Shown: positions 51,261 through 64,000 of the stretch, in pieces
How positions within the stretch are numbered: position 1 is the stretch's first letter
Layout of the letters: each line of letters starts with the position of its first letter
Origin: Lama glama
Lineage: Eukaryota
DNA: 64,000 nt
NCBI GenBank assembly: GCA_028534125.1
Contig: CM052817.1
Span: 43,836,001 to 43,900,000, forward strand
Direction of reading: 5' to 3'
Notes under the pieces: model-generated
Databases searched by the model: none
What the model saw: only the letters and a program-made list of their open reading frames with translations
What the model was told of the DNA's origin: nothing
Position numbers and translations under genes: made by a program

Positions 51261-52486
51261 GTTATATTAGATGGTAGCATATATTTGTGAAATTATGGCT
51301 AAAAGGTGAATAATAGTGCTTAAAAGTTGTTTTCTTTCTTCAGAGAGTAAAATTGTGTGGAAAGTTGTGGGGTGATGGAAAGAGAAGGAACCGAGTAAGG
51401 ACGGCAGGAGGAGGAGGGAATAAGGTACTCTCTTCTAAGATAGGTTTGAATGACAAGTTTCAGCAGCTGTTTAAAGATACAGATTTTACAGAGAATATTA
51501 CAATTGGATTTATACCTTTAGTGGGTTTCTCTTTTACTATCTGGTTATTGATTGCCATTGTGGTCTGCTGGGTTCTGGCTGTTTGATTTATTTCTCTTTG
51601 TACTTTGAAATCAGTTGATTTAGAATTTCCGTTTCTGAGATACAGTTTCATGGGAAACACTTTTTTTTGAATTTTCTTTTTCTGTTGGGAGAGAGCATCA
51701 TTATTGTTATTATTATTACCTTATATTTTAAAGAAATGCCATTTAGGTGGACCTTACTGTGTTCTAGTGTTTTCTGTTGCTGTTTTTGTAATTCTAAAGT
51801 CATTGTAATTAATATTTGTAAGCCTTAACCCAGAAAGAATAATAAAATCATCAAGTAAACAATGAAGACTTAATTATTAACCTGTGCTCATGTTTCATGA
51901 TGAAAATACTACAACTTTGATCATCTGCACTTACACTGAACCCTACATACATTAAGTGAATTTTATTTCTGGATAACTTTAATTTTAATTGAATCACAAT
52001 TTTTTTTATTGCCTAGAATTATTGTAATGTGAAATCTCAGCTCTGCATCCACTTGTATTTATTTTTATTCTGGAGCGTTTGGTTAGGGATCTGGAGAGCT
52101 TTATATGTATCTGTATTTCCTAAAAAGAGAAATTTTTGAGTAGTCTGGCTAACTTCTCCATGTTAACTGTTTCTAATATTTTGCATTTTGAAAATTAAAA
52201 ACCTTTTTTGAGGGCACATTCTGTACCCATCATTATACTTCGTTTTAAAGAGAAGTATGAAAGAGGTAGAAGAAACCCTTGTGAAGCTTATAGCTCATGA
52301 GTAAGGATGATAAAACATGTAATTTAGTTACTTCAAAACAATAAATGAACAAGTTCAAGTCACCACAGTATAAATAATATATACAATATAAACTGTTTAC
52401 AGACATTCTGAGAAAGAGTAACATAAAATGGAATGGTAGATGGGGTGGAGACTACTAAAAGAGTTGAGAGGTTTTTGGGTAATGGC

Positions 52487-54752
52487 TTTTTTGAGATATA
52501 ATTCACTTACCATAGAAGTAGCCCATTTTAAGTATATAACTTGGTAGTGTTTAGTATATTCATAGTTGTGCAGTGATCACAAAAATTTATAGAACATTTT
52601 AATCACCTGAAATATAAATCCTGTATTTAAGAGTTACCCTTCATTCTCTCATATTCTTTTTTTTTTTTTTAAAGTAAAGGATTTATTAAAGGATGGACAG
52701 TCCACTCTCAGGGAGAGAGAGCGGGCAGCTCAGGTGAGCAGCTGCCCTGTGTTTCCATTCTCTCATATTCTTAATTGTAGGCAATCACTGATCTACTTTC
52801 TGGCTATATATTTGCCTGGTCTGGACATTTCATACAGATAGAACCTATTTTAATAGAATATGTGGTCTTTTATATAATATGTTGTCTTTTATCATGGGCT
52901 TCTTCCCCTTACCTTGTTTTCAAGGTTCATCCATGTTATATTATGTAATAGTAATTTATTCTTTTATGGCTGCATAATCTGCCATTGTATGGATATACCA
53001 CATTTTGTTTATCAGCTGATGCACATTTGGGTTGTTTGTACTTTTAGGCTATTATAAATAGTTCTACTATGACATTCATGTACAAGTTTTTGTGTTCATG
53101 ATTTTCACTTCTCTTGGTTATATACCTAGGAGTGGAATTGCTGAATCATATCATTCTTCTATGTTTAAACTTTTCAGGAATTTCCAGGCTGTTTTCTAAA
53201 GCAACGTCACCATTTCACATTTCCACCAGCAGTGTATGAGGGCTGCAGTTTCTCCAAATCTTGCCAGCATTTGTTGTTATCTGTCTTTTTGATCATAGCT
53301 CTTTTCATGGGTGTTAGGTAGTATCTTGTGGTTTTAATTTGCATTTCCCTGATGATACTGTGTGTCTTTTCATTTGCTTATTGGCCATTTGTATATGTTT
53401 TTTTGAGAGATGTGTATTCAGAACTTTTGCCCACTTTGAAGTTGTTATGTATCTTTTTGTTACTGACCTTATAAGAGTTTTTTTTTGTACATTATAGATA
53501 CAAGTCCCTTGCACATTTGATTTACAAATATTTTTCTCCATTTGGTAAGTTGTTTTTGCTTTCCTAATGGTGTCCCTTGAAGAACAAGTTTTCAATTTTG
53601 ATGAAATCTAATTTTTCCTTTTGTTGCTTGTGCTTTTAGTGTTGTATCTAAGAAACCACTTATTAATCTCAGATCATGAAGATTTATCTGTCTGTTCTAT
53701 TCTAAGAGTTTAATAGTTTTGGCTCTTATATTTAGATCTTTGCTACATTTTAAGTTAATTTATATTTATGGCCTGATGTAAGGAGTCTAAAATTATTCCT
53801 TTGCATGTGGATAACCAGTTATCTCAGTACCACTTGTTGAAAAGACTGCTCTTTCTCCATTGAATTGTTTTGTCACTCATCGAAAATCGATTAACTGCAA
53901 ATGTAAGGATTTATTTTTGGACTTTTAATTTTATTCCATTCATTTTTATGACATTTCTCATTCCAGTACTGTCTTGACTACTGTAACTTTAATTGAGAAG
54001 TGTGAGTCCCCCAAGTTTATTCTTTTTTTTAAAGATCATTTGGGCTATTTGGGATCTCTTGTATTTCCATATGAATTTTAGGATTAGCTTGTCAATTTCT
54101 GCCAGTTGGGATTTTGAGAGGAATTGTGTTAAGTCTGTAGATCAGTTTAGGGAGAATTACCAACTTAACAATATTAAATTAGTTTGTGTTCATGAACATG
54201 AGATTTTCCCATTTATTTAGATCTTTAATTTCTCTCAATAGTGTTTTGTAGTTTTCAGAGTATAAGTTTTACACTTCTTTTGTTGCATTTATTCCTAAAT
54301 ATTTTATTCTTTCAGATGCTGTTGCAAATGGAATTGTTTTCTTAATTTCATTTTTGTGTTGTTTATTGCAAGTGTATAAAAATATAGTTAATTTCTTTCG
54401 TATATTGATCTTGTATCCTGCAACCATGCTGAACATGTTTATTAGTTCTAATAGTTTTACTGGATTCCATAGCATTTTCTTTATAACAAGGATCACATCA
54501 CCTGTAAATAAGTATGTTTTTACTTCTTTTCCAATATGGATGCATTTTTATTTGATTTTCTTGCCTAATTGCCCTGGGTAAACCCTCCAGTATATTGTGG
54601 AAAAGAAGTGTCAAGAGCAGATATCCTTGTCTTGCTCCTGATCTTTGGGGGAAGGTATTCAGTCTTCCACTGTTAAGTCTGATGTTAGCTGTGGCATTTT
54701 CATAGATGCCCTCTATCAGATTGAGGAAGTTTCTGTTCCTAGTTTGTTGAAT
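52487..54752 (-). mobile_element. Old L1M(B)-type element (3' UTR + ORF2 part), antisense in CNOT6L intron 1
   Basis: Minus-strand translations LLELINMFSMVAGYKINI, IPFATASERIKYLGIN, RSGARQGYLLLTLLF; 3' end at 'ttttttgagatataattcac'. Confidence 0.9.
52659..52755 (-). mobile_element. Short poly(A)-tailed retrocopy with a perfect 17-bp TSD (L1-mediated insertion of a non-L1 RNA 3' end)
   Basis: TSD cattctctcatattctt at 52642-52658 and 52756-52772; minus strand has AATAAA (52682-52687) 11 nt before the poly(A); target TT|AAGA. Confidence 0.9.
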
Positions 54753-57167
54753 TGAAGTGGGTATTGAGATTGGGTTTTGAGGGAAGTATGAAATGTGAAT
54801 TAGAAAAGTGAAAATGCTATGTCCAGTAATAAGTAGCAGATAATAAAGCTTGACTTGTTTGGGAAGGAGGGGCTCGTTTTTTCCCTCTCCCTCCTTCATT
54901 TTCCTCCCTACTCCTTTCATGCTCTCTAAGTGTCTTCATTAGTCCATATACACATGTGGAAGACCCTTAATCCTTTACTGAAGATTTTCTGAATAATTTG
55001 GATTTCTAGGTCAGTGGAGAATGTTGCTTCTTTTGAAAAGCATTCAATAAAAACACCGTGGAGAAGTTTTTCTTTTTAAGTTTGATAGCTAGGTTTGTTG
55101 GGGACACAGGAAGCAGAAAGAAACTAAATCGTAAAAGAAATTCTAACCATAGAATTAAAAAGAACAGAACAAACCTTTGTGATATCAAGGGTATGGTTTA
55201 TGAAGAATTCCATGTTTACTTTGACCCTGGCTGTCACCTGACTTTTTTCCCTAAAACATTCAGTATCAATGGTTTTATTTTTGTAAGTTTTCAAGAAAGT
55301 AATAGATTTCTTAGGAAATTTTGCTCTACAAGGTAAGGTTATGTTTCACTTGAAGTGATAATTACACTTTGTTTACCTTTAAGCTGTAATTGTGTTTGCT
55401 TGCAGCTGCATTCTGATTAGGTAATTTTTTTTAAAAATTATATTTCTTCCTTTATGTTATAAGTCTCAGATCAAATAACTTTGGGATTTAGCTAAGAATC
55501 TTTCTGATAACAAGGCAAAAATTGGAAAGTAATAATAGAATTTTTGTTTTGTATTCTCTTTGATAGCAGGATTATTTTCATTAATTTTTTTCAGTTCACT
55601 TTAAAACCTCATTACAGATAAAAATTTATTTCTAATTTTTTTGAAGAAGTAAGTAGTTCGCTTTGCTGTGTGAGAGACTCATCATTCATACTGAGTAGAT
55701 TCCTGGTAATTTGGGGTTTTCATTTATTAACAGTAGAAATTGGTGACACAAATTGGTGACACAAAATAGACGTTATAGCAGTTTATCTCTCTTATATCAT
55801 CTTTTGCTGAGAGAACCTCTCTGAAATTTTATCATTTAGGATCTTTTTATTTTTCTCCTCCCAAATTACTTAAATAGATTCCCTAAATGAGTAACATAGA
55901 TCAGAGTGATATTTGCCAGTAACAGATATCACTAAGAGAATAGAACTAAATTTAGAATATACCAACCTTAATGTCTTTCTGTACAAAGACTTTGCTGAGA
56001 TCTTTACATATATAGCCATTGCTAACTGATCACAATATTTATATTTAAAGAAAACCAAAAAATTGACAAGGTGTATTCTGCTATAGGTACATATTTAGTG
56101 TAATCTTCTGCAAAATACACACATAAATTTCTGAAATAATATATTGTGAATTAAGTACAGAATGATAACCTTGAAACAGTATAAGAATTTGAATCACCAA
56201 AAGTATACCTAACCAATTTAATAAACGTTTATTAAATTTCTACTGGCTATAAACTGTTATATTCAGGGTTCTGAGGGAAAAAGTTCAGAACATAGTTTTT
56301 TCTACCAGGAAGTGGGACTAATATTTATTGGACTATTGAGTACTAAGGACTGTGAAAAGCCATCCCCTTCCCTTTAAATATGTAACATAAATTAGTCTTC
56401 ATGAAAGTCCTGTGAATTAGACAGTGTGGTTTTCAATCTATAGCTGTTTAGGGATGTGAGCCTTAGGTCCTTCACTTTCTAGCTCTTGGGAGACTCGTTT
56501 AACTTCTCCATGCTTCAATTTCCTCATCTGTAATAGGGAGACAGTAATTAATAGTCCTTATCTTATAATGTTGCTGTGAGGGTTAAATTAAGTAATACCT
56601 ATAAAGTGCTTAGAACAATATGTGGCACATCTGAAGTAAAAAAACAAAACTAAACTAAAAACTCTATATTAGCTATTACTGTTTCTTATTGTTAGGAGAC
56701 ACACAAGTAAAATAACAAATTTGACTATTGTTAATACCAATATTTAAAACAGGATCTATTTGATTGTAAAGTATTTACTTTACCCTTACAATACTTAACA
56801 CTTATAGGGGATTTAAGCCTGGATAAAGAGCAAGCAAGTTAAGGTAGAATTTGCTAAATGACAAAGAACAGTAAGTGCTGTAATATAGGGAACACAAGTG
56901 GGTTTGTAACTTGCAGGGACAAAGAAAGGAGGTAGAAGTTGATCTCACCTTTATAGTTGGAAGGAGGGAAAGGAAAAGTTAATGGATTACTGCAGCATTC
57001 TCCTTGTTTGTTTCCCAACATCCATTATTCCTCCTTTAACTTCTGCTCCTTGTATACATTGTCACCAGAGAAATTCTTGTAAAATTCATTCGACATTGCT
57101 TAAATTCCCTACTTAGTAATTATTATAAAAGGACTCCATTTTTTGGTTGCCTATTATGTGCTACTGG

Positions 57168-57355
57168 AAGGAGTTGGCAAATTTTTTGTCAAGAGCCATG
57201 TAGTAAATATTTTGGCTTTGTGGGTCACATAAGATCTCTGTTCTGTATTCTCTTTTTTTTTTGGTTGTAGTTTTTCTTTTTTAAAGTAAACAATTCTTAA
57301 AAAATGTAAAACCATTCATTGCTGGCAAACCAAGCTGCAGCTTACTCACCCCTGT
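57168..57355. mobile_element. MER58-like hAT MITE
   Basis: 'ggagttggcaaattttttgtcaagagcc...tagtaaatattttggctttgtggg...aaaaatgtaaaaccattc'. Confidence 0.7.
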
Positions 57356-57544
57356 GCTAGGAGATTGACATGAATTAACTTAGTGTTAGAATCTTGGCAA
57401 AATTGGTATTGTTAATTCTGTCTTATGGCTGACCAAACTGAAGCTTAGAGAGGCAAGTTTGAAGAAAGTCACACAGCAAGTGACACAGGAGGTCGAATTC
57501 AGGTTTAGGTCATGGGAATTCCTAAACATATCTTGCTGCTGCTT

Positions 57545-58070
57545 ATCGCTCTCAGAATAAAAAGGAACTTTCATAGCATTATATGCAAGGCCCATAATGA
57601 TTTTATCCTTGTGTACCTTTCCAGTTTTATTGTTTATTACTCCTCTCTCTTCAAACATATTCTCTAGCCTAGCAATGCCAAGTGACTTATATACAGCTTG
57701 GTTTATGCTTTCTGTATGCCTGCAGTACCTTAATACTTTATGACCACGGTGACTTCTTTAATAATTCATTTGAGGTGCTTCCTACTCCAAGAAACCTTGC
57801 CTGACACTTCTAGTCTTTGTTTTATGCTCTTTGTCTCTGCTCCCTCAGCATCCTGTGCATTCCTCTTTCATGACATTTACCACACTGTCTTGTATTTACC
57901 TGGTTTATGTCTCTGCTTTTGCATTAGACTGTGAGATTTTTAAGAGCAGAGAGACCTCACCTTTGTAGCTCCAGTATTTGATACATAGTATGGGCTTAAC
58001 CCCTACTATGTACTAAGTGTTTAACATATTTTAGGGTCTTAGTAACTGTTTATTAAATAAATGGATGATC
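57545..58070 (+). mobile_element. L2 3' fragment
   Basis: 'cttcctactccaagaaaccttgcctga', 'attagactgtgagatttttaagagcagaga', tail 'tgtttattaaataaatggatg'. Confidence 0.65.
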
Positions 58071-58662
58071 AAATGGCATTACAGATGACAGAAAATTGTA
58101 TCACCAAATATGTAGTAGCAGAAAGGCATGAGTCCAGATTCAAGGAGGAGAGGGACATTGAAGTTAATATCTGGTTAACCTACAGCATTCCAGTGGGAAT
58201 AAGGAGGGTGATAAAGCAAATTGGAGCATGAGTATTATAGAGGGGTTTGAACAAAGAATTTTAATTTTACCCTAGGTTTAACTCTAGAGCAGCAAGTGGT
58301 TTTTTATATCCATAAATTGAGGTTCTCTTATTAATACCTAAGTTTTATGTTGTAATATTGTTTTAGTTGATTTTTTTAGGACATAGCTATATAATTGTTT
58401 TGATTGATAGTTATTGTAAATATGGCTCTAGAATCTCGTAATTAATACTATTAAAGACATTTGGGAGCATTGAGTGATTTTGAGAGGTTGGTGGCTGTTT
58501 TAAAATAATTAAGAAGATTAATATAGTTGACGTATGCAGAATCAGCTGAGGGGATCAGAATGGGAGGAGAGAGTCTTTACAGAGTTAAAATTAAAATACG
58601 AAGTGATAAGTCAAAAGAGAGATCTGTGTCAATTAGGATAGAAAAGAAAACTTTAAAAAAAA

Positions 58663-58757
58663 TTTTTTATTGATTTATAATCATTTTACAATATTGTGTC
58701 AAATTCAAGTGTAGAGCATAATTTTTCAGTCGTACATGAACATATACATATCCATTG
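58663..58757 (-). mobile_element. Very short L1 3' end insertion with imperfect TSD
   Basis: 'ttttttattgatttataatcattttacaatattgtgtcaaatt...' flanked by agaaaagaaa[a/c]cttt at ~58640 and ~58758. Confidence 0.75.
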
Positions 58758-59014
58758 AGAAAAGAAACCTTTTAAGTGACATCAGTGATTATGAAGGAAA
58801 AGTCAGAGATAATTGAAAAATCAGAAGAAGGATGCAGTTTGGGAAAGAAAATTATGAATTTTGTATTAGACAAACTGATTAAAATTGGAATACTTTCTAT
58901 TTTGCCTAAATTTAGGCCCTTCTTACTTTATGCCGGTATAATTAGAATACCCTCATGATTGGTTTCCCTTCCTGCCTCTAACACATCGGTGTTAGGTTTG
59001 GATATGAGTAGTTG

Positions 59015-59482
59015 GTTGTAGGGACTCTTTGGCAGTCTGGAGAAGGCTGTGGAGCCTTTTTAGAATAATGCTTTTAAGTGAATGAAAGAAGTAAGATTAA
59101 AAAGGAACCTGGTACATTGAAATACTAAAGTACATGAAAACAGATGTGACATATTAATATATGTGCCCCTTTATCAGTGCATTTAAATAACAAGATCTAG
59201 CAGTGAGTCTAATAACTACTGTAATTTTGAAGTAGTGATATATATATATATATAGTGATATTTTGATGTATCTGTAACAACTATAATGTGATATAAAAAT
59301 GTACCTTGTGTTAGTGACAAGAATCACAGGTACTGCTAATATTATGGGAGGTTGCTTAGGTCTAATTGAAAAAGGTACTAAATTTTAAGTACAGGTTAGT
59401 GAAACTAGGGATATAATTTTTTTTTCCTTTACAAATTTACAGATTCTCTGAGGTTTATGGACCCCAGGTTAATAATCTTTGC
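59015..59482 (+). mobile_element. MER119-like hAT-Charlie element
   Basis: 'ggactctttggcagtctggagaaggctgtggagcc...agaataatg' and end 'tatggaccccaggttaataatctttgct'. Confidence 0.65.
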
Positions 59483-59854
59483 TGTACTGTCTCCCGGTTT
59501 CAGTCTACTCAGTGTATTTTTGTCATATTATTCTCAAATTCTTTGCAGATGGTAATATTTTTTCATGTCTGCTTTTGGAAATAATTATGTGCTCTTTGTA
59601 AAAAAACATAAAATGACACTGAAGAGCATAATTTTCTGGTTATCCTATCTCATGGAGATCAAGAGAGTTACTAGTATAGTGTATATGGTAGCATTATCTG
59701 TTTCTGGGTAGTATGAACTTATGTAACCACATAAACATACGTAAATAGAATCATACTGTATATACTGTTTTTTTAAACTTGCTTTTTGATTTAACAACAT
59801 ATCATTGGCTTTTTTCTATGAATAGATATGCTTCATGCTTTAAAAAATTATGGC

Positions 59855-60470
59855 ATTAAAAATTGAAATGTATGTTAAAGAACACAAAATTCATCATTTT
59901 AATGTGTACACTTCAGTGGTTTCAGTATTTTCACTGTGTTGTGAACCACCACTACTATCTAATTCCAGAACATTTCTATCGCCCTCAAAGAAACCTCATG
60001 CCAGTTAGCAGTTCCAGTTTGCTGATTCCTTCATCAGTTGGCAGCCACCAGTCTACCTTGTATCAGTTTGCCTATTCTAGGCATTTAATATAAATGGAAT
60101 CATACAATATGTGACCTTTTGTGTCTGGTTTCTTTCACTCAGCATAATATTTTCAAGATTATTCTGTTTTGTAGCAAGGAACAGTACTTCATTCCTTTTT
60201 ATGGCTGAATAAAGTGCCATTGTATGGCTATATACCATATTTTGTTCATTTGTTCATAGCTGATGAACATTTGGGTTGATTCCACTTTTTGGCTAGTATA
60301 AGTAATTCTGCTATGAACATTCATGTACAGATTTTTGTGTGGACTTATATTTTTGCTTCTCTTGAGTATATACCTAAGAATGGAATTATTGGATCATACG
60401 GTAATTCTGTGTTTAAGTTTTTGAGCAGTTGACACACTTTTCCACAGCAGCTGCATCATTATACATTTCT
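59855..60470 (-). mobile_element. L1MB-like 3' UTR nested in older L1ME-like sequence (~59560-61170)
   Basis: 'aaattcatcattttaatgtgtaca', 'tataaatggaatcatacaatatgtgaccttttgtgtctgg', 'tatatacctaagaatggaatt'. Confidence 0.85.
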
Positions 60471-61214
60471 ACACATCATGCTTTTTAATGGCTGGATTGT
60501 AATTCATTTTATTGATGTACTGTTATTTAATTCTCTTTTGATTGGCAGTTAATTGATTTCCTTTCTGCAGTTATCAATACTAATGCAGTGAAAGGACTCA
60601 TATATGCACCTTTACACACTGTTTTAAATTTTTGTACAAGTGGTAGAAGGTAAATTTGTAGAAGTGGACTTGCTGGATTAAAATGATTGCACTTTCAAAA
60701 TTTTGATACATATTGTTAGATTGCCCTTTAGGAATGTATAAAATTATGCTCCCACCACTTGTGTAGTGGGTACCTATTTCTCCAAACTCTCTTTCATATT
60801 ATTAATCTTTGCCATTCTGATAATAAATTCATACTCTTTTTAAAATTTTCATTTATTTGATAAGTTGGGTTATTTTTAAAAAATTTTTTTGTGTAATTTG
60901 CCTGATCATGACCTTTCCCCACAGTTTTTCTCTTGGATGTTTGCATTTTTTTCTTCACTGATTTGTAAAAGCTGTTTGTATTTTAGAAACATTGTTCATT
61001 ATATATATTATAGAGACTTTTTGCTCCAGTTTCCTCTTTATCTTTGGAGTTTATGACTTTGCTCTTTGTCTTAAGGACATTAAAATTTTTTAATACTGTT
61101 AGTCAGTCTGTTTTCTTTATGGTCTGTAAAGTTTTTTAACTTGCTTTGAAAAGTTTTTTGCACCCCCAAATTATGAGATGAATTTTTTTTAAAGAAATGT
61201 ATAAAAGTAAACTT

Positions 61215-61430
61215 GTCGTGGTTTAGTAGAAGCAGCATGAATTTTGTAGTTGGAGTTTCCCATGTTTAAATTCCAGTCTAGTCACTTATTAGCTGTGGGG
61301 TGTTCAGTGTTTCACAACTTCTCTGTACTTCAGCTTCCTCTTCAGTAAAATGGCAATTAATAGTAGTTTATAATTTTAGTAAAATTAAATGTATAATGCA
61401 TGCAAATTGTCTAGCACGATATCTTAACAC
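61215..61430 (+). mobile_element. MIR SINE (further MIR fragments at ~9220, 15040-15310, 23100, 26700, 29300, 32350, 38170, 49280, 56480)
   Basis: 'tttaaattccagtctagtcacttattagctgtg...cttctctgtacttcagcttcctcttcagtaaaatgg'. Confidence 0.7.
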
Positions 61431-64000
61431 AGACAGACGGGGCATTCAGTGCGTGTTTTCTTTTCTCTTCCATTTATAAACCATCTTCCTTCCACCTACT
61501 TAAAATCTGTTCAGAAGATAAGGGAGGAGAAAGGTTCAAGAAAAGAGGGTAGCCTTCAGTTTTCAAAATCAGAGAAGCCGTACAGGATGAGTACTGACTG
61601 AAAAGGGGATTGAAAATCAGTTTAGTAATTTGAAGCCATGTATGTTTAATAAGAACAGTTTTTATTAGAGTGGTAAGAGAGATAGATGGCCATATTTTAA
61701 TAGGGTAAGACTAAACAAAGCCATATAACATACATGAAGGCTGATATTTGCATATGCAAATGTATTCATCGTTATTTATAATCTTTGAGAAATAGTTGTA
61801 ACTCTTTTTCTTTCATTGGTAGAATGCTGGTAGGTGGATAGGCACAGCAATACTAGTACATATATAGTATGTGTATTGTGTATAAATTGTATACAAGTTT
61901 AGGTCATTTTTATTACTATTAGTTACAAATTACAGTACTTGTAGCATATTTCTCAGTTAAATCATCAACTAGTCGAGAACTGTTGCTTCAATCGAATTTT
62001 ATTCTTGCTAGCTCTTTTATTGAATTCATACACATTTCTTAATTAAAGTTGTTTGTGGCAAGCAACTTTAAATACATTAGAAAGAGATGTGAAATACATA
62101 AATGTTTACAATGTAGTGATCATTGTTTTCCCTTTCCACAATCTTTCCTAGACTATAAGGTTTTTAGGGCAAGGAACACAGTTCTAGTAATTAAAAATAA
62201 AGTTTTTTTTTGGCATTACATTTTCTTTTCCTCTTTTTTTTTTTGTCTTTTTGTAGAATAACCTCAAAATAAAGTTTCAAGAAATTGTTAATCAAAATGT
62301 TTATTAAGCTCTTCCTCATAGAGAAATAATAAATATAGATTATGTCCAACTGGGTTTTAGAAAATGATACCAAATTCTGTTCCTTGATTCTGGGCAACTG
62401 CCTGTTGTTCCTAGTATGTTGTAGCTATACCACCGTCATTTTGTCAGCCTCAAAACAAGAAGGAAATTTTCTGTATTGGTTAGCTCAGGAGGAAGGTAAT
62501 GAGTTTAAGTAACAAAACAGGAAATTTATTCTTCTGTGACCTTTGATGAGTTTGTGAAGTTAGCATTTTGACTGCAGGGTTGATATTCAGAAGAGTTTTA
62601 TATTTAGTTTGCTTTATGGCTTTTGCAGAGTTATCTACCTGCCAGGAAAAAATAGGAGTCCAAGTTAAAGGCTCTGCTACCTTTGTGGGAAATGATTAAC
62701 AATACTCTTCCTTCTGCTGACAGAATCTGGGTATCTGTATTTTACAATGGCTCATTTTTGCTTCCACACAGGGCCGAAGTATCCTTTTCCTGAAACCAAG
62801 CTTGACTCAAAGCCTTTGTAAATTCTCTTATTCTTTATCCTTTTAAGCAACTATTTTAGGAACTGTTTTAAAGCTGATTGCCCTTCCCTTCAAACCTTTT
62901 CCGCTCAGTACAAAGCACCACCTTCTTGGCAGTCATTTGTATGAGTAGAGTGGGTACTCTTGTTATTCATGCCAAAAAGTTAAGGATTAGCTCTATTGTT
63001 TAACGCTATCTGTTTTGGATTAATGTGAGTCCGCATTGGCCTTGCCTTTTAAATTCTTTCATAACTGAGATTCTGGCACCTTGGAACCCTTTCCTGGATG
63101 GAGCTTTTCTTTGTTCCTTATTGAGTTTTATCCCAGACAGAGTTTAGTTACTAAGGTTTTTCTGTTTTACACTGTTGTTAATGTGGACTTGTAGATTCCA
63201 AGTTATAAACCTTGGTTTATAGATAAGTAACACCTCTTCATATGTATTTTGCTGTGTATATCTAACGCTGGAGCATTGTGCAGTTTGGTTCATGTCAAAA
63301 GTATGGGACAGCTATTATGATTACTCTTAATATCAGTCAGTGAGACTTTGTATTTAAGATTTAATTATTTTTCTAAAGAAGTAGAAAAGCTAAAATAATT
63401 AGAAAAGCTATTAATTATGAAAAGGGTTCATTAGTTTAATCCTTAGTTTTTTATCCTAGTATCATGTTCAGTTTTTTAGCAATGGAAACCAACTTCTTGA
63501 ATTAGTGTTTAAATTTTCTTGATGCAATGCAGCATTCATAGTTTATACAGAGGTGGGTTTTTTTGCTTATATGAACAAACTTAAGAGATTATATTTATGA
63601 AATACTATTGAATTATTTGATTTTACATACCACTAGAGAGGCAGAGCCTGAAATTGAAAGGTAGGAGAAGGAAAAAAAAGATGAAGTATTTTGTTTTGTA
63701 TCAAGTGTTAGAATGTTACTTCAGTTTTTTCAGACTTAACATGTGGGACTGAGTCCAGTTTTTCTAGTGGATTTGTTACTTCGAGTTTTAAGAACTCTCA
63801 TATTCTTGATATGCTTACTTTTTTCTTCTCTTTTGATATGCTTGCTTTTAATCAATGTGGCTTATCTAGATGATCTGTGATCCATTTACAACTGCCCTTG
63901 TAGCTTGTCTCAGTTAGGGTCTGAACATATTTACTCTTTACTTTGTTTATAGCAGCAATGTTTTCATTACTTGCAGGTTTGAAGAAACAGACTGTGCTGT

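Noticed and set aside
52487..61170. Intronic L1s predominantly antisense to their host gene
   Set aside because: Well-known genome-wide orientation bias; not specific to this locus.

Overview
Mammalian genomic DNA, very likely from a camelid (alpaca or camel), judged from three tRNA-Ala(AGC)-derived vic-1-type SINEs and artiodactyl-type L1 3' ends. The window holds the 5' ends of two divergently transcribed genes whose start codons lie about 37.5 kb apart. MRPL1 is on the minus strand: coding exon 1 at 10005-10035, exon 2 at 4185-4296, and the rest lies beyond position 1. CNOT6L is on the plus strand: a large CpG island at about 46.2-48.4 kb with several candidate first exons, including the 5-nt coding end ATGAG|GT at 47547-47551; its exon 2 was not found in the window. 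The rest is intron or intergenic DNA rich in L1, L2, MIR, LTR and DNA-transposon relics, with a 500-N assembly gap at 751-1250. Almost all ORF-track entries are spurious or repeat-derived. I found no evidence for a new multi-gene system. The best leads are (i) a young ~97-nt L1-mobilised retrocopy in CNOT6L intron 1 that creates a complete candidate exon with a phase-compatible, strong-Kozak ATG; (ii) an upstream in-frame ATG that could give CNOT6L a polyPro/His-Gln/polyArg N-terminal extension; (iii) a perfect double-octamer palindrome; and (iv) a diverged 150-bp local duplication. Gene and repeat names come from recall of known sequences, not from database searches.
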